DNA of 64,000 nucleotides from positions 17,298,001-17,362,000 of the forward strand of contig OX597822.1 of assembly GCA_951406725.2 (NCBI GenBank). Direction: 5' to 3'. Below the pieces are notes generated by a model. It saw only the letters and a program-made list of their open reading frames with translations, was not told the origin of the DNA and ran no database searches. Of this stretch, positions 12,262 to 23,939 are shown one piece after another; the first letter of the stretch is position 1; each line of letters begins with the position of its first letter. The stretch comes from Octopus vulgaris (Eukaryota). A program made the position numbers and the translations under genes.

Positions 12262-13689
12262 CTGGAAAGAAAAATATATATAAAAAATAAAATTTAAAAG
12301 AAGCCACTCTATCTGATTCAGTGCTTTGACATTAATCAACATGTTGAAATAGTGGAGAGAATTTAGTGAATAAATTTCAAATCTAATCAGAAATATGGAC
12401 CTTTGTCTGTTTAACATTCAAGCAATTGAAATAGTAAAAATCTGAAGTTACTCTCTTCTGATAGTTGTAATATTATTACATCAGTCAAAGCAAGCAAGTT
12501 GATACAGATCACAGATTAAAGAATGAACCACATTATCTACTTCGATGTATGATTTACTCTCTTCAAATCACATTGAAATTAAATTTCCCCTTGACTACAC
12601 TGCAGTAAATAAATTACATAATAGAAATGATAGTAGTGGGGTTGAATCGATCAACTGCGCTTCTATTTAGTAAACTTAGCTTTGTGCTTCAGAGAAAAAG
12701 AAACAACAACAAGGACCGTTGCTATCATCATCATCATTTTGACATAGATTGGGTGAGTTTCACAGCAGCTTCATCTCAAAACCCACTCTGGTTTTTCATC
12801 TCATCACCTGACATTGTACTTTATCACCTGACACACACAGCAACACAGAGAACCCAGCCAACTCACTTCTGTTGTACGTCTACAACACAGACTGTATGTA
12901 ATTTATTAAACCACCATTACTAGAGAGGTTGGTTGTCTGCAACTGGACTAAAGAGACTCCTAGATTCTGCATCAGTTGTTGTTTAGAGCCACTGCTCTCC
13001 TGGTTGCGTGTCACTTTCAATGTGGCTCACAGAGTTTCAGTGGTGACTCTTTTAGTGGTTCAATCAATGGAACAGTCTCTCACTGAATTACAACAGAAGT
13101 GGCTTAACTGAGTATTTGACAGTTGTTTGCATTTATAATGTACCTTCTGGGAGACCGAGGCACTGTTTGCCATGGCTATGTACTAGTACCAGAGGAACCA
13201 TTCATTTGACAGGCTTCCACACAGTTTCCATCTGCCAAGCTTCATTCACATAGCATGTGTCACACACACATACACACACTCATAGATATAAACAAAGGTG
13301 AGCTAAAAGAAAAAATTTAGAGGCCAATGGTATGTATTTGAAAACCATAGACAAACAGAGATATATCAAATACCGTGCAATATAAAGTTTTGATTCATTT
13401 GGATTATCTCTGCCTCTGGAGGATGATGTATCACAATTACCCATTGCCAAATGTGATCAGCTCCATATAAGAAGGGGAGATAATCTCAAGAATTAAAAAT
13501 TCACCAAAGTTGCTATGCCATTAAAGAAAAGGACAAGTTTATTGTTTAGAAATGTATGAATGTATATGTGTAAGTATGCACATATATATATATATAGTAA
13601 GGAAAAATTTTTTTATAAAAATGCAGAATGCTCAAATGAAAGAAAATCTTAATAAAATGAGAAATTGATAAAATATATAAATATATATT

Positions 13690-13730
13690 TATTCAACCGG
13701 TTTTCGTCATTGTATGACTTGTCAAGAATA
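13690..13730 (-). ncRNA. Variant minimal type I hammerhead ribozyme motif (U3-A8 core)
   Basis: TATTC-TTGACAA-GTCAT/aca/ATGAC-GAAAA-CCGGTT-GAATA: helix I, helix II and palindromic helix III are present, but there is one extra A in the GAAA stretch. Confidence 0.55.
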
Positions 13731-14789
13731 TTTATGTTTTAAAAAGTTTTTTTAAAAATTAGAAAGGGGAAAAAAAGAAAATTGCATTGTTTTTTGCAAA
13801 AGAATAATGATAAAAATGTACAAAAATTAAAAAATAAGTACTCCGATACATTGTGAGTTCGTTGTGTATCTTGAGTTTTATGATTGTTCACGAAAAAATT
13901 ACCTTGAGGTATTAAGATCCAAAGGGATTAAGAGCATGTGTTGTGTGGTTTAATTCAGCATGTTGGCAGGACAGGAATTAGTAGTAATTGTGGTTCTTCA
14001 GTTCCTGTGTTGTGAGTAAGGGGAGACAACTCTTTTGAGTTCTTCAATAAGGGTTGTTGGTAAAACCCAAATTATAAAATTATCATTTTAGCTTCATTTG
14101 CATTATCTTTTTTATATAATTGCTTGTTAACTTAACTTTCAGATTTTAACACTTTATTTATATTATTTTCTAATTATATAAATCTGCATAGACAATTGCA
14201 TTTCAAATTGTCATATCATTTATAATAAAAATGATAGTAATAACAACAATAGTAAAAATGATATTTAAAGTATATAAGTTTTAGCTTGAAGTGATGAATG
14301 CATGGTATCTTTATATATTTGTGTTAGTCCATCCATGAAGAGTGAGGTAGAAAAAGGAAGTTTGATCAACGAGGAGTTTGCATATTAAGTTGTGTTTGGA
14401 ATTTTTCAATAAAGAGATTCTCCTTGTTAATTCTCTCCTGTGTGGTGATCCCGTCTTTACATTGGTAGAAGGGGAATATATAGAATTTGGGGTTTAAGTC
14501 TTTAGCACATGAGTCTAAGTGGTCACTCAGTGGAATTTGTCGGTATTCCGGGAGATTTATTTGTTCTTTATGCACCGTTACTCGTTTACCAACATAATTA
14601 TGTTGGCAACCAGCGCATGTGAGAACGTAGATAAGGTTCTCGGAGGAACAGGAGAAGTTAGTCTTGATTTTAAACTTCGTACCTTGTTTGAAGGTAAATT
14701 CATTTTTATCATTATTCTTTTGCAAAAAACAATGCAATTTTCTTTTTTTTCCCCTTTCTAATTTTTAAAAAAACTTTTTAAAACATAAA

Positions 14790-14830
14790 TATTCTTGACA
14801 AGTCATACAATGACGAAAACCGGTTGAATA
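14790..14830 (+). ncRNA. Second identical copy of the variant hammerhead motif
   Basis: Same 41-nt sequence within the inverted arm. Confidence 0.55.
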
Positions 14831-14974
14831 AATATATATTTATATATTTTATCAATTTCTCATTTTATTAAAATTTTCTTTCATTTGAGCATTCTGCATT
14901 TTTATAAAAAAAATTTTCCTTACTTATCATTTCTCCACGTGCGGTCAACACAACCCCACCATTTATTGATCTAC

Positions 14975-15010
<36 letters not shown>

Positions 15011-15329
15011 CATATACATATATACACACATACATGTGTATATACATATGTGCATTTATCCTGACATGCAGGAAATTCTCTTTATCAGCAAACTACCAAC
15101 AAGAGAAACAAAAGCATTAGGAATATCCAACAGAATTGCTTTCTAGGGAAGTGCAAAATAATCTAAGGAAGTAATCATTTAAAACCAGAGCAGTTTCAAC
15201 ATTCAGTATCTATTTGATTTTCAGTCAGTAACAAAAAAAAAAACAAGATTTATTATTTACTGTCTCTGAAGGTGTTTCATATACCCAAGACATATTCATT
15301 TGAATTATTCTCTGCAACAGTCTTGTAAG

Positions 15330-15890
15330 TTTCTAATCATTACTTTGCTGTTCTACTTCCGAAGTTCAGTGAACCAAGAAAGACATCATGAATATAGCCA
15401 CCAACCTCCTGCGTCATACCTTCACTGCAAGTATTGTAAACTGTCCTTCTGAGTTATTTGGTTACCAAAACTCTTCCCTCTTCAGTTGTTACTTTACACA
15501 AAGCAATTCTCTATTACCTTTCCATGGTACAATCAACTCAACAACTATAACCATTTCATCAAATCATGTTATAACACTAAGACCTTTGTTATTTCAGCAT
15601 GAGATTGAAAGAATAGTCATTTATGTCACTGGAAAGACTTGGTTTTTCTTTTCCTGTATTTATCATATTGCATGGCTGTTTGCTACCTCTCTTGTGGAAA
15701 ACCAGGGGACTTATTTTGTTTTGGAAATTCTGCTTTCCTGGGATAATTCTGAATTAATGTTAGGACTCCAGCAAGAAATATTAAAACCTGGCTGTGTATA
15801 TTTGACAAGGAATGACTTGCGTGTGGTCAGAATATTGTCAAATAATGGGTGTATGGCAATCGGCAGAGTCAGTCAAACCCTGTTTTAGTT
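15330..15890 (-). mobile_element. HERO/NeSL-like non-LTR retrotransposon relic (CCHC knuckle and restriction-like endonuclease)
   Basis: Reverse translation gives GLTDSADCH, NILTTRK...HSQVL and VIVVELIVPWKG, matching WGL...C..C, HILS.C...RH.QVL and IELTVPWE. Confidence 0.65.
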
Positions 15891-16481
15891 TGGCAAAGAA
15901 TAGAAGTACATTATGCAACAACTAGAGAAGAGGGGGCGAGAGAGGGACATACACACATGTAATAGAGAAAAGAATCCCTTGCAAATTGCTTAAGAGCTTA
16001 AAATGCAGATATGAAGAACAACAAATACAAAATTGGTAGAAAAGAAAGGAAAAATGCATAAACACAAGAGACCTATTGATAACAAAAGTAATAAAGGAAT
16101 CTATCAGTAATAAACAGAACATCAGTTTTGTTGTAATATAAGCATCCCATACCTCATATAATCATGCCTGTAAGTGCCAGCTGACATATACATGTGCACG
16201 TATGCACACGCATTAAGAAATTGTGGTTTCCAATCACAAGGAATTTGTATAATTACAACATACATTGAATTTAAATGTATGAAAGAAAAAGGAAATTGAG
16301 GTAAGGGTTATTCGTATTACAAAATAAATAAATAAAAATGGGCATGTAAGGAGATAGGAAGAAGAAAACCAACGTAGGGAATTATAGCCTGCTGATGATT
16401 AGATATGTCACATCAAACTATATGGGAGAAAACACACTGATCCTATAGATTATGTGTATATAAATGTGTGTGTTTTGTGCA

Positions 16482-16482
16482 T

Positions 16483-16518
<36 letters not shown>

Positions 16519-16540
16519 TCATATACATATACATATACAT
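16482..16540. repeat. (CA)n and (CATATA)n microsatellite
   Basis: Directly visible. Confidence 0.95.
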
Positions 16541-16814
16541 TGCATGTATCTCTTCAACCTGAAATTCCTAAGCAGAAGTTCAATGCTTGCAGTGCTAACA
16601 GCAAGTAACATATTAAGCTGTATGAGTTACCAGCAACTTAAACATTGCACTTACTATAATAGAGTACTAAAACAGCATAGAGTGGGGGAAACGGTTTACC
16701 CGAGTGAACTTACTTTGAAGTTAAATTCATACATAAAATATGGTTATTTAATTTAGTTGAACTTGTTTTGGTAAGAATTATACCCTTTCTCATGATGGGC
16801 TTATAGTGAAAGTC

Positions 16815-16816
<2 letters not shown>

Positions 16817-16859
<43 letters not shown>

Positions 16860-16902
16860 GAGAGAGAGGGAAAGAAAGAGCGACAGAGATAGATAGATAG
16901 AT
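16817..16902. repeat. (TA)n, (GA)n and (GATA)n compound microsatellite
   Basis: Directly visible. Confidence 0.95.
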
Positions 16903-17689
16903 ATCTAAAATATTGAATATAGAATTAGGCACGTTAAAATAAGAATCAACATTCAGATTGGTAACAAGACTAAAATGTAACTAAAGAACAAAAATAGAAA
17001 AAAAAAACATTATAAAACAAACTTAAATATATTCAAGAAAATAAAATTGTAAATGTCATTGAAATTATACAACTTTTACTCTGGTTTTATATTCCTTTAA
17101 TTCTAAAACATGCAAATCATACACGACAAAAAAATCTCCTAAAGAATATACACTGAATATTTCAAATGTTTCATAGAATGCAAGAATTTAAAATTCATTG
17201 AGGCTATTTAACTAGTAGAATTCTTCACTGAAAACGGAGGACAATTTTGTGCAATAAAGAATTCATGAAAAAAAAAATTTTAATAATAACTACCAAAAAT
17301 ATAATTTTACATATCAATACAACACTGACAAGAAAAGATAAGAAATTCTACAAAGTTAAATGAAAATAAAAAAGTTATCAGAAATAAAGTATACAGCTAA
17401 GTCACTATCACGACAAGTTAGTGGTGTATTTTCTTTAGACAGAAAATAGAAATAAATGTAAATATATTAAATGCTTTGTTCATAAAAGCAAAATAAGTTT
17501 ATTATGTGGATATATTGGTTTTGTCTGGCAAATAGAGAGAGAGTAAAAATATTCCATTAATACCCAGCAAGCATAGAAGGTTTTAGTGATTTTGAAATTG
17601 AAGACATTTCCATCCTTCAAAAACATAAACACAAACAAATACATATATTCATACAGATGTATGCACATATGTCAGTATGTATCTAACAG

Positions 17690-18065
17690 GAGAGGCTGTG
17701 TGGTAAGAAGCTTGCTTACCAACCACATGGTTCCAGGTTCAGTCCCACAATGTGACACTTTGGACAAATGTCTTCTACTGTAGCTTCAGGCTGACCAAAG
17801 TGTTGCGAGTGGATTTGGTAGATGGAAACTGAAAGAAGCCCATCATATATATATGTATGTATGTATTTGTATGTCTGTGTTTGTCCTCCCCACCATCACT
17901 TGACAACTGATGTTGGTGAGTTTATGTTCCTGTAACTTAGCAGTTCAGCAAAAGAGACCAATAAGTACTAGGCTTACAAAGAATAAGTCCTGGAGTCAAT
18001 TTGTTTGACTAAAGGTGGTGCTCCAGTATGGCCGCAGTCAAATGACTGAAACAAGTAAAAGAATA
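17690..18065 (+). mobile_element. Full-length tRNA-derived SINE family A
   Basis: A-box-like ggctgtgtggtaag, B-box-like ggttcagtccc, internal TA/TG tract and tail aaatgactgaaacaagtaaaagaata. Confidence 0.9.
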
Positions 18066-18309
18066 CATATATTTATATTTTATATATATATATATTATAT
18101 CATCATCATTTAACGTCTGTTTTCCATGCTAGCATGGGTTGGATGGTTCAACCGGGGTCTGGGAAGCCAGGAGGCTGCACCAGGCTATATATATAAAAAT
18201 ATGTATGTATGTATAAATATACGTAAATGATATATAGACATAAATAATACACATACATATGTGCTATACACAAATGCATAAATATATTGTAATATAGTAT
18301 ATATCTTTT

Positions 18310-18650
18310 TTATCTTTTACTTGTTTGAGTCATTACACGTCAGCCATACAGGGGCAGTGTCTTGAAGGATTTTAGTCAAGCAAATCTACCCCAGGACTTA
18401 TCTAAGCCTGGTACTTATTTTCTTTTGCCAATCTGCTAAGTTACAGGGACATAAACACACTAAAACCAGTTGCCAAGCAGCGATGGGGGTCAAACATATA
18501 CACAAAGACACACACACACACACAGATATACATTATGAACTTCTTTCAGTTTCCATCAACCAAATCTACTCACAAAAGTTTTAGTCAACCAGAGGTTATA
18601 TAAGGTGCTATGCAGTGGGACTGAACACAGAACCATGTGGTTGGGAAATC
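18310..18650 (-). mobile_element. tRNA-derived SINE family A, reverse copy
   Basis: Reverse match to 17690-18065. Confidence 0.85.
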
Positions 18651-20470
18651 AATGCACACCCACCAACTTTCTTTTTCACAAAGATCATTGTAACTCTTCC
18701 CATTCCATTTCACTTCCTTATTTGCCCCATTTTTTTGCATTGGATCCTTTTACCATTCCTTACCTGCCCACCCAACTTCATTCCTCTTGAATCAGAACCC
18801 ATCTGTCTTTGTTTCTTATTGGTTTTCCTATCTTTTTTTCCATTTTCCTTTTGTTTCTCCTCTTTTCCCTTAATCTCATCTTCCTTCCAACATCACACTC
18901 ATAGTCTAGAATACTATGTGTGTGTGTCTGTGTGTGTGTAAATTTCATATATAATTAATACACACACACACAGGGTTTTGGTAGGCCCTCATTTCTATGT
19001 ATTGTATCTCTTTCAACAACATCAATACAGTTGAGTGACCTTCATTCTGTATCAGAGCGTGCAAGTCTCCAAACTATAACATTCAACATGACCAGTGTGA
19101 TAATCTGCATTGAACAACAGTAGCAGGCAAGGATGGACTATTTCCTTACTCCACCTTCAACTCTTTGCAGTAGTAATCACCTCATGAGATGTTTTCAGCC
19201 TGCATGATGAATCTCATTTACGTATCCTCAAAGCAATTTTGAACCTCTTTCTTCATAGTCCAGATTTCAGACCCTTGAGGAGGAATGTGTGTTGAAAAAG
19301 GACTTTCAAATACTTGATTGGTAAATGTTTCGTTACTGGCACCTCAGGCAAGAAGAAAGACTTTCTGATAATTGCATATCAAAAAGTCTTTCTTCTTCTC
19401 AACAACATAGGAACTACATACACACTCACATACACACACATATGCAATAATTGAAACAATCTTTCTTAGAGTTAATCAGGAGTTAAAATATGCTCAAATC
19501 TATTTGCCAAATGAAATTCTGACAAAAAGTAAAGGAATGGTTAGGTATGCTATGCTTTTAAACAGTGTGAATAATACAGGTTAACAGTGATGATGTACTG
19601 TTAGTAGGATGCAGTAAAAGTCTGAGTTAGCATTTAAAAACTGACATAAAGAAATCCTTAGTGTAGTGACATTTTTGTTTGTGTTGATTGAATATGTAGT
19701 GAACAAAAGTGCAGTGCTTCTCTTATTCAGCAGTTCTCATGATAGCTAAAAGTATTTCAACAAGACAAATACACGTCTTTGAACAAATAGATTTTTAGAT
19801 ATATTTTCTTTTCCTGTGTTAATAATATAACCAAGTTAATGTACTCTCCACTCTTCAAAGATATTTTCTGTTTTAGAAGAAAAGAATAAATGAGAAGGAA
19901 TAGTAGTATTGATCCTGAAACATCTTAGATTCCTTTTACGTGGTTTCTCAGAAACTGAAAATCTGGTGCATCCATCTAAGTAAAAAAATTTAATAACAAT
20001 ATTACAGATAGATCTTAATCTTTACTTCAATTAAGTATATTACTTTGAAATTAACTTAGAATTACTATGATGGAATGGAGCAACTAAATTATTAATTACC
20101 ATAGGTAAATTAATGTTAACATATCTAGTGTGTGAAATATTGAAAAAGTTAACTAGGAAGAAAGGAGAGCATTGAGATTAGTCAATTACCAATATCCTTT
20201 AAACTCTTCTGGCAGATATAGGAAATAACTCCAGGTATATTTAAGTGTTCTGACCCAGTAAAAGCATGAGAGAATTGGTAAGTAAATATAGACTGGTAGA
20301 TTACTTGGCAAAAGAACAAAGAATTTTATGCAAAGTGAAATAATTCAGGGAAGCCATCTGCATGAAGAACAACAGGCAGATTAGTTCTAACTTATTTAAT
20401 GCATATCTAATGACAACAGTGATTTGGCAGAGTTGCTACAATGAAAGATGGAATGTTTTATGATGTTTAA

Positions 20471-21545
20471 CCCTTTCGTTACTATATTTCTGACCAAAAT
20501 ACACCCCTTATGTGTTTCAATTAATTTCTAACGTAATCATAAATTTAGTCTGGTTTCATTAAACAACTATAACTTTTTTATTTATCAATATATTAATCTG
20601 ATTTTTGGAAGATAATTTAATGAAATGTTCTCAACCAATTCTATACTATAATTTTTGTCACAAAGTGACTCTAATTGCAGGTAGATACAGGTAAATTCAA
20701 CAAAATATAAAATTATTAAATTTTGTTCAAACATCGCTATAGAAAATGGGTTATTAGCTAATATTCAATTGGGTATATAACAAAATTTTACGATAAAATT
20801 TGCTATTCTGGGTAACTTTCTGATACCCATAATAATATTTATGGCAAAATAGTCTTAATTTCATTTAAGGTTGTGGGAAACCACAAAGTATCCTTTCTTT
20901 TGCTTTGTTTACGTTTAGCGTAACGGTTCGTTTCCGCCGTAATGATTTCAAATAGGCTCATTCGAAAAAGTAAAAAGAAATAGTCTAAGGCTTTAATCTC
21001 CTGGGAAAGTCTGTGGCGTGGTCCAGTTTCTTCAGAAAAATCACCGAAAGAAACAGTTTTTAAATTTTCACTCCATTCAGATGCCAATTCATTTTCTTTA
21101 TAGCTGTCGGAGCTCTCGGATTCACTGTTTTCACTTTTGGAAAATGAAACATCAGATTCATTATCAAATACCTCGTGCTTTTTTTTTCAGTCATAGAGTT
21201 AGATTTATGAAGGTCTTCAGTAGAAAATCCTTCGAATTCTGACTCGCTGCTTGATATAATGAAATTCGTATCCATTTTTTTTGTCAGAATTACAAATTTT
21301 GAAAACACAATAGGAACAAATTTCGGAAAAAATCTCCCAAAATTCATGGAATTAAAATTACACTTCGATTGTTGTACAAAACTGTAGTTGAACTGTTTAC
21401 GAAATATAATACGTGTTTTCACGAATGTACTAAAGAGATTTGCTCTGATATTCTCATTTAAATATGAATAGGTAAATTCGGGCGGTTTGGTCACATTAAC
21501 CAAAATTTTTTTCGGGCGGCTTTGGGCGGTTTGGTATCGAAAGGG
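20471..21545 (-). mobile_element. Internally deleted piggyBac transposon with intact termini
   Basis: TTAA at 20467-20470 and 21546-21549; TIRs CCCTTTCGTTAC / CCCTTTCGATAC; transposase N-terminus from ATG 21275 (SSSESEFEGFS...) frameshifted into ...ALDYFFLLF...ITAETNRYA...WFPTTLNEIK. Confidence 0.92.
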
Positions 21546-22449
21546 TTAATCTGGTTCTCTGCAATCCAAGATCTAGTCTCACCAAAGTACAAGTTGATTG
21601 TTTTCTCTCTCTCTCTCTCTGGAATAAGTCAGATATGTGAGATATGCAGAGTGATGGGCTCCATCAGGTTTAAGATACTTTGACATACTATTTATGACAA
21701 CAGGTGCATTAAAAATAAGGTAACTACAAATAAATATAGAGCAAGGTAAAAAAAATAATATCAATCAAAAACTAATGTTGTTTTCATCAGCATACTTTCT
21801 TTTTAACAATTGCAAATGGAATAATAGACTGTTACTAAAGTACATGGCTTCTATTTGAAACCAATGACCGAGACATGTGAGAATAAGAATAAAATGAATA
21901 ATAAGTTAGGTGCAAATAATTCATTTACACAAAATAAGGAAAATAAAAGATGAATTCTATTTCTCGTGATTAACTAAATAATAAACTAGTGAAGTGCTCC
22001 TTTCAATTTCAGAACTAAAGAATTGAAGAATCAAATCTCTCAATTTTTTCAAGCCTATGACTTTAAAGAAGAAATATAAAGGAAAAGTGTATATGCTTGC
22101 CAGAAAATTAATATTTCATCTTACTTCAATGAGAAGCATGTCTATGACGAGCATAGAAATAAACAATTTTTTCCCATTTCAAACTATTTATGAACCAACA
22201 CAGTTTTATAAAGAGAAAAGTAAAAACAAACATGACAGAGGTTGAAAAAAAATCATCTTTACTTCTGTCACTAATTTAAACTACAAAAAATGATTCTCTA
22301 AAATCTAGTTCGAAATTGCATTTTTTATGAAATAAAGAGGGACGCACATAAAACTATGAAATTCTTTTTAACAATATCTAGAGTTATTTCATAATAAAAT
22401 ATTGAAAATATTTAAAATTCTTTCTAGAGAATCTCAGCTGACCCTTGGC

Positions 22450-23250
22450 ATATCATCATACAAAATCTATTCAGAATTTCTTTCATATGCCAAGCAGCCA
22501 TATAATTTTTACCATTTCTGTTTACCATGAATAAATCATTAAATAAGTTTAAGAAAGCTTTTGTTTGCATTTCAAAATACACGTCTTTCACACATGCCAA
22601 GTTTGATCTTTTTCAACACTTGCTCCTCAAACTCTCCATAACTGTAAAGTGTGTCTCTTTCAAACTAAAATATAGATTTCCAGCCAACTCTATGACAAAG
22701 GAGAGTTCCTAAAATACTGTTTCATTCTGTCTCATGAATATTCAAACCTATCCACATTTTACACAAAGCAAAGTAAACTATCTTCACATTGTCATATCAG
22801 CCTTACATCAATTTTCTTTAATCAAAAGTGATATGGCATTTCCAGATCATTCTTGATATTTCCAAAGAAGTATATTATCTCATTCATTTGTTTCTTTTTT
22901 TTTTCATTTTAATTCAGAATATATTCTTCCTTCGCATCATACTATTATTAGATATTTATTACATGCTTCATAGAAATGTTCCATCACTACTTTATCGATT
23001 ATACCTGTCCAAAATCCTACTAAAAAATCAGTCTTAAAGGAGATAGGAATCTCCAGTGCTGTGTCTTCTTTCTTATATCATGGAACCATCTTCATGCAAG
23101 TACACTCAATGAAAGTGCTAAATGTCATGAACCTGTCTCTATCAATTCTTCTAGTCTTGATATTTTCTTTACACAGTCATAAACTGAAGCATTTGAAGGT
23201 GTTCATCATCATGCAATTTGCACCAGTTTGCAATTGCAATCAGTTTTGAA
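22450..23250 (-). mobile_element. Highly decayed Gypsy-type RT relic
   Basis: SVYDC...RFMTFSTFIECTCMKMVP resembles S.LD...LTTFITP.G.Y...R.PFG; downstream are DNIL, SILG and W..EEQVLKKIK-like segments; many stops. Confidence 0.4.
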
Positions 23251-23939
23251 CTGAATCACTTCACAAATTGTTGCAATAAAAAAAAAAAATGCTTGGAACA
23301 TTCATTTTCTTTGTCATAAAATTAGACCAAAACTTTTCATTTTTCAAAGGAATGACTGTTATGAACTGTTCATTTTTTAATCACATTTCAAACTATAATT
23401 ATTTATCTAATTTGTAGTTTTTATTAACGAAACTGAACAGACTTCTGAAAATTTCATATAGCATCTCATATGATATTCTATAGAATTACATATAACACTT
23501 CTAAAGTTACAGTCTGCAATAGATAACAAAATTCAATTAACTATTAATTAACCTATAAAAGAAATAGAAATCCAAGTATTTCTGTCTGTATCAATATACA
23601 GCAAACCACAGAAATTTGTAAGTTGATGAGAGAAAATTCAATATTCCCTAAAAAATTTTAATTTTAAAAATATAAAGTATAAATACAATTAAATAAAAAA
23701 ACTTATTAGAGCTACATGCAAGTATGCATGTATATATTTGTGCACCGGTACATGTTTTTGAATGTTCATCTATTTCCACTCAATAATTGCTTATTTTCTA
23801 GAAATATTTACTTCATCAATGACAAAATGATTTTAGTTTTAAATTCTGAGTTCAAATTCCGCCTTTCATCCTTTCGGGGTTGATTAAATAAGTACCAGTT
23901 ATGCACTGGGGTCGCTTATTTCTGTACTTAAAAAAAGAA

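Larger units (their letters stand above)
13596..14975 (-). mobile_element. 5'-truncated Penelope-like element with inverted pseudo-LTR, inserted in (TA)n
   Basis: GIY-YIG ORF at 14366-14700 (FSCSSENLIYVLTCAGCQHNYVG...RVTVHKEQI...ENLFIEKFQTQLN); near-identical inverted arms at 13596-13818 and 14701-14924; TA microsatellites on both sides. Confidence 0.9.

Noticed and set aside
15388-15888. 166-aa plus-strand ORF
   Set aside because: Antisense shadow of a retrotransposon relic with no protein features.
16388-16430. CTGATGA followed by a short hairpin
   Set aside because: No correctly placed GAAA, helix III or helix I.
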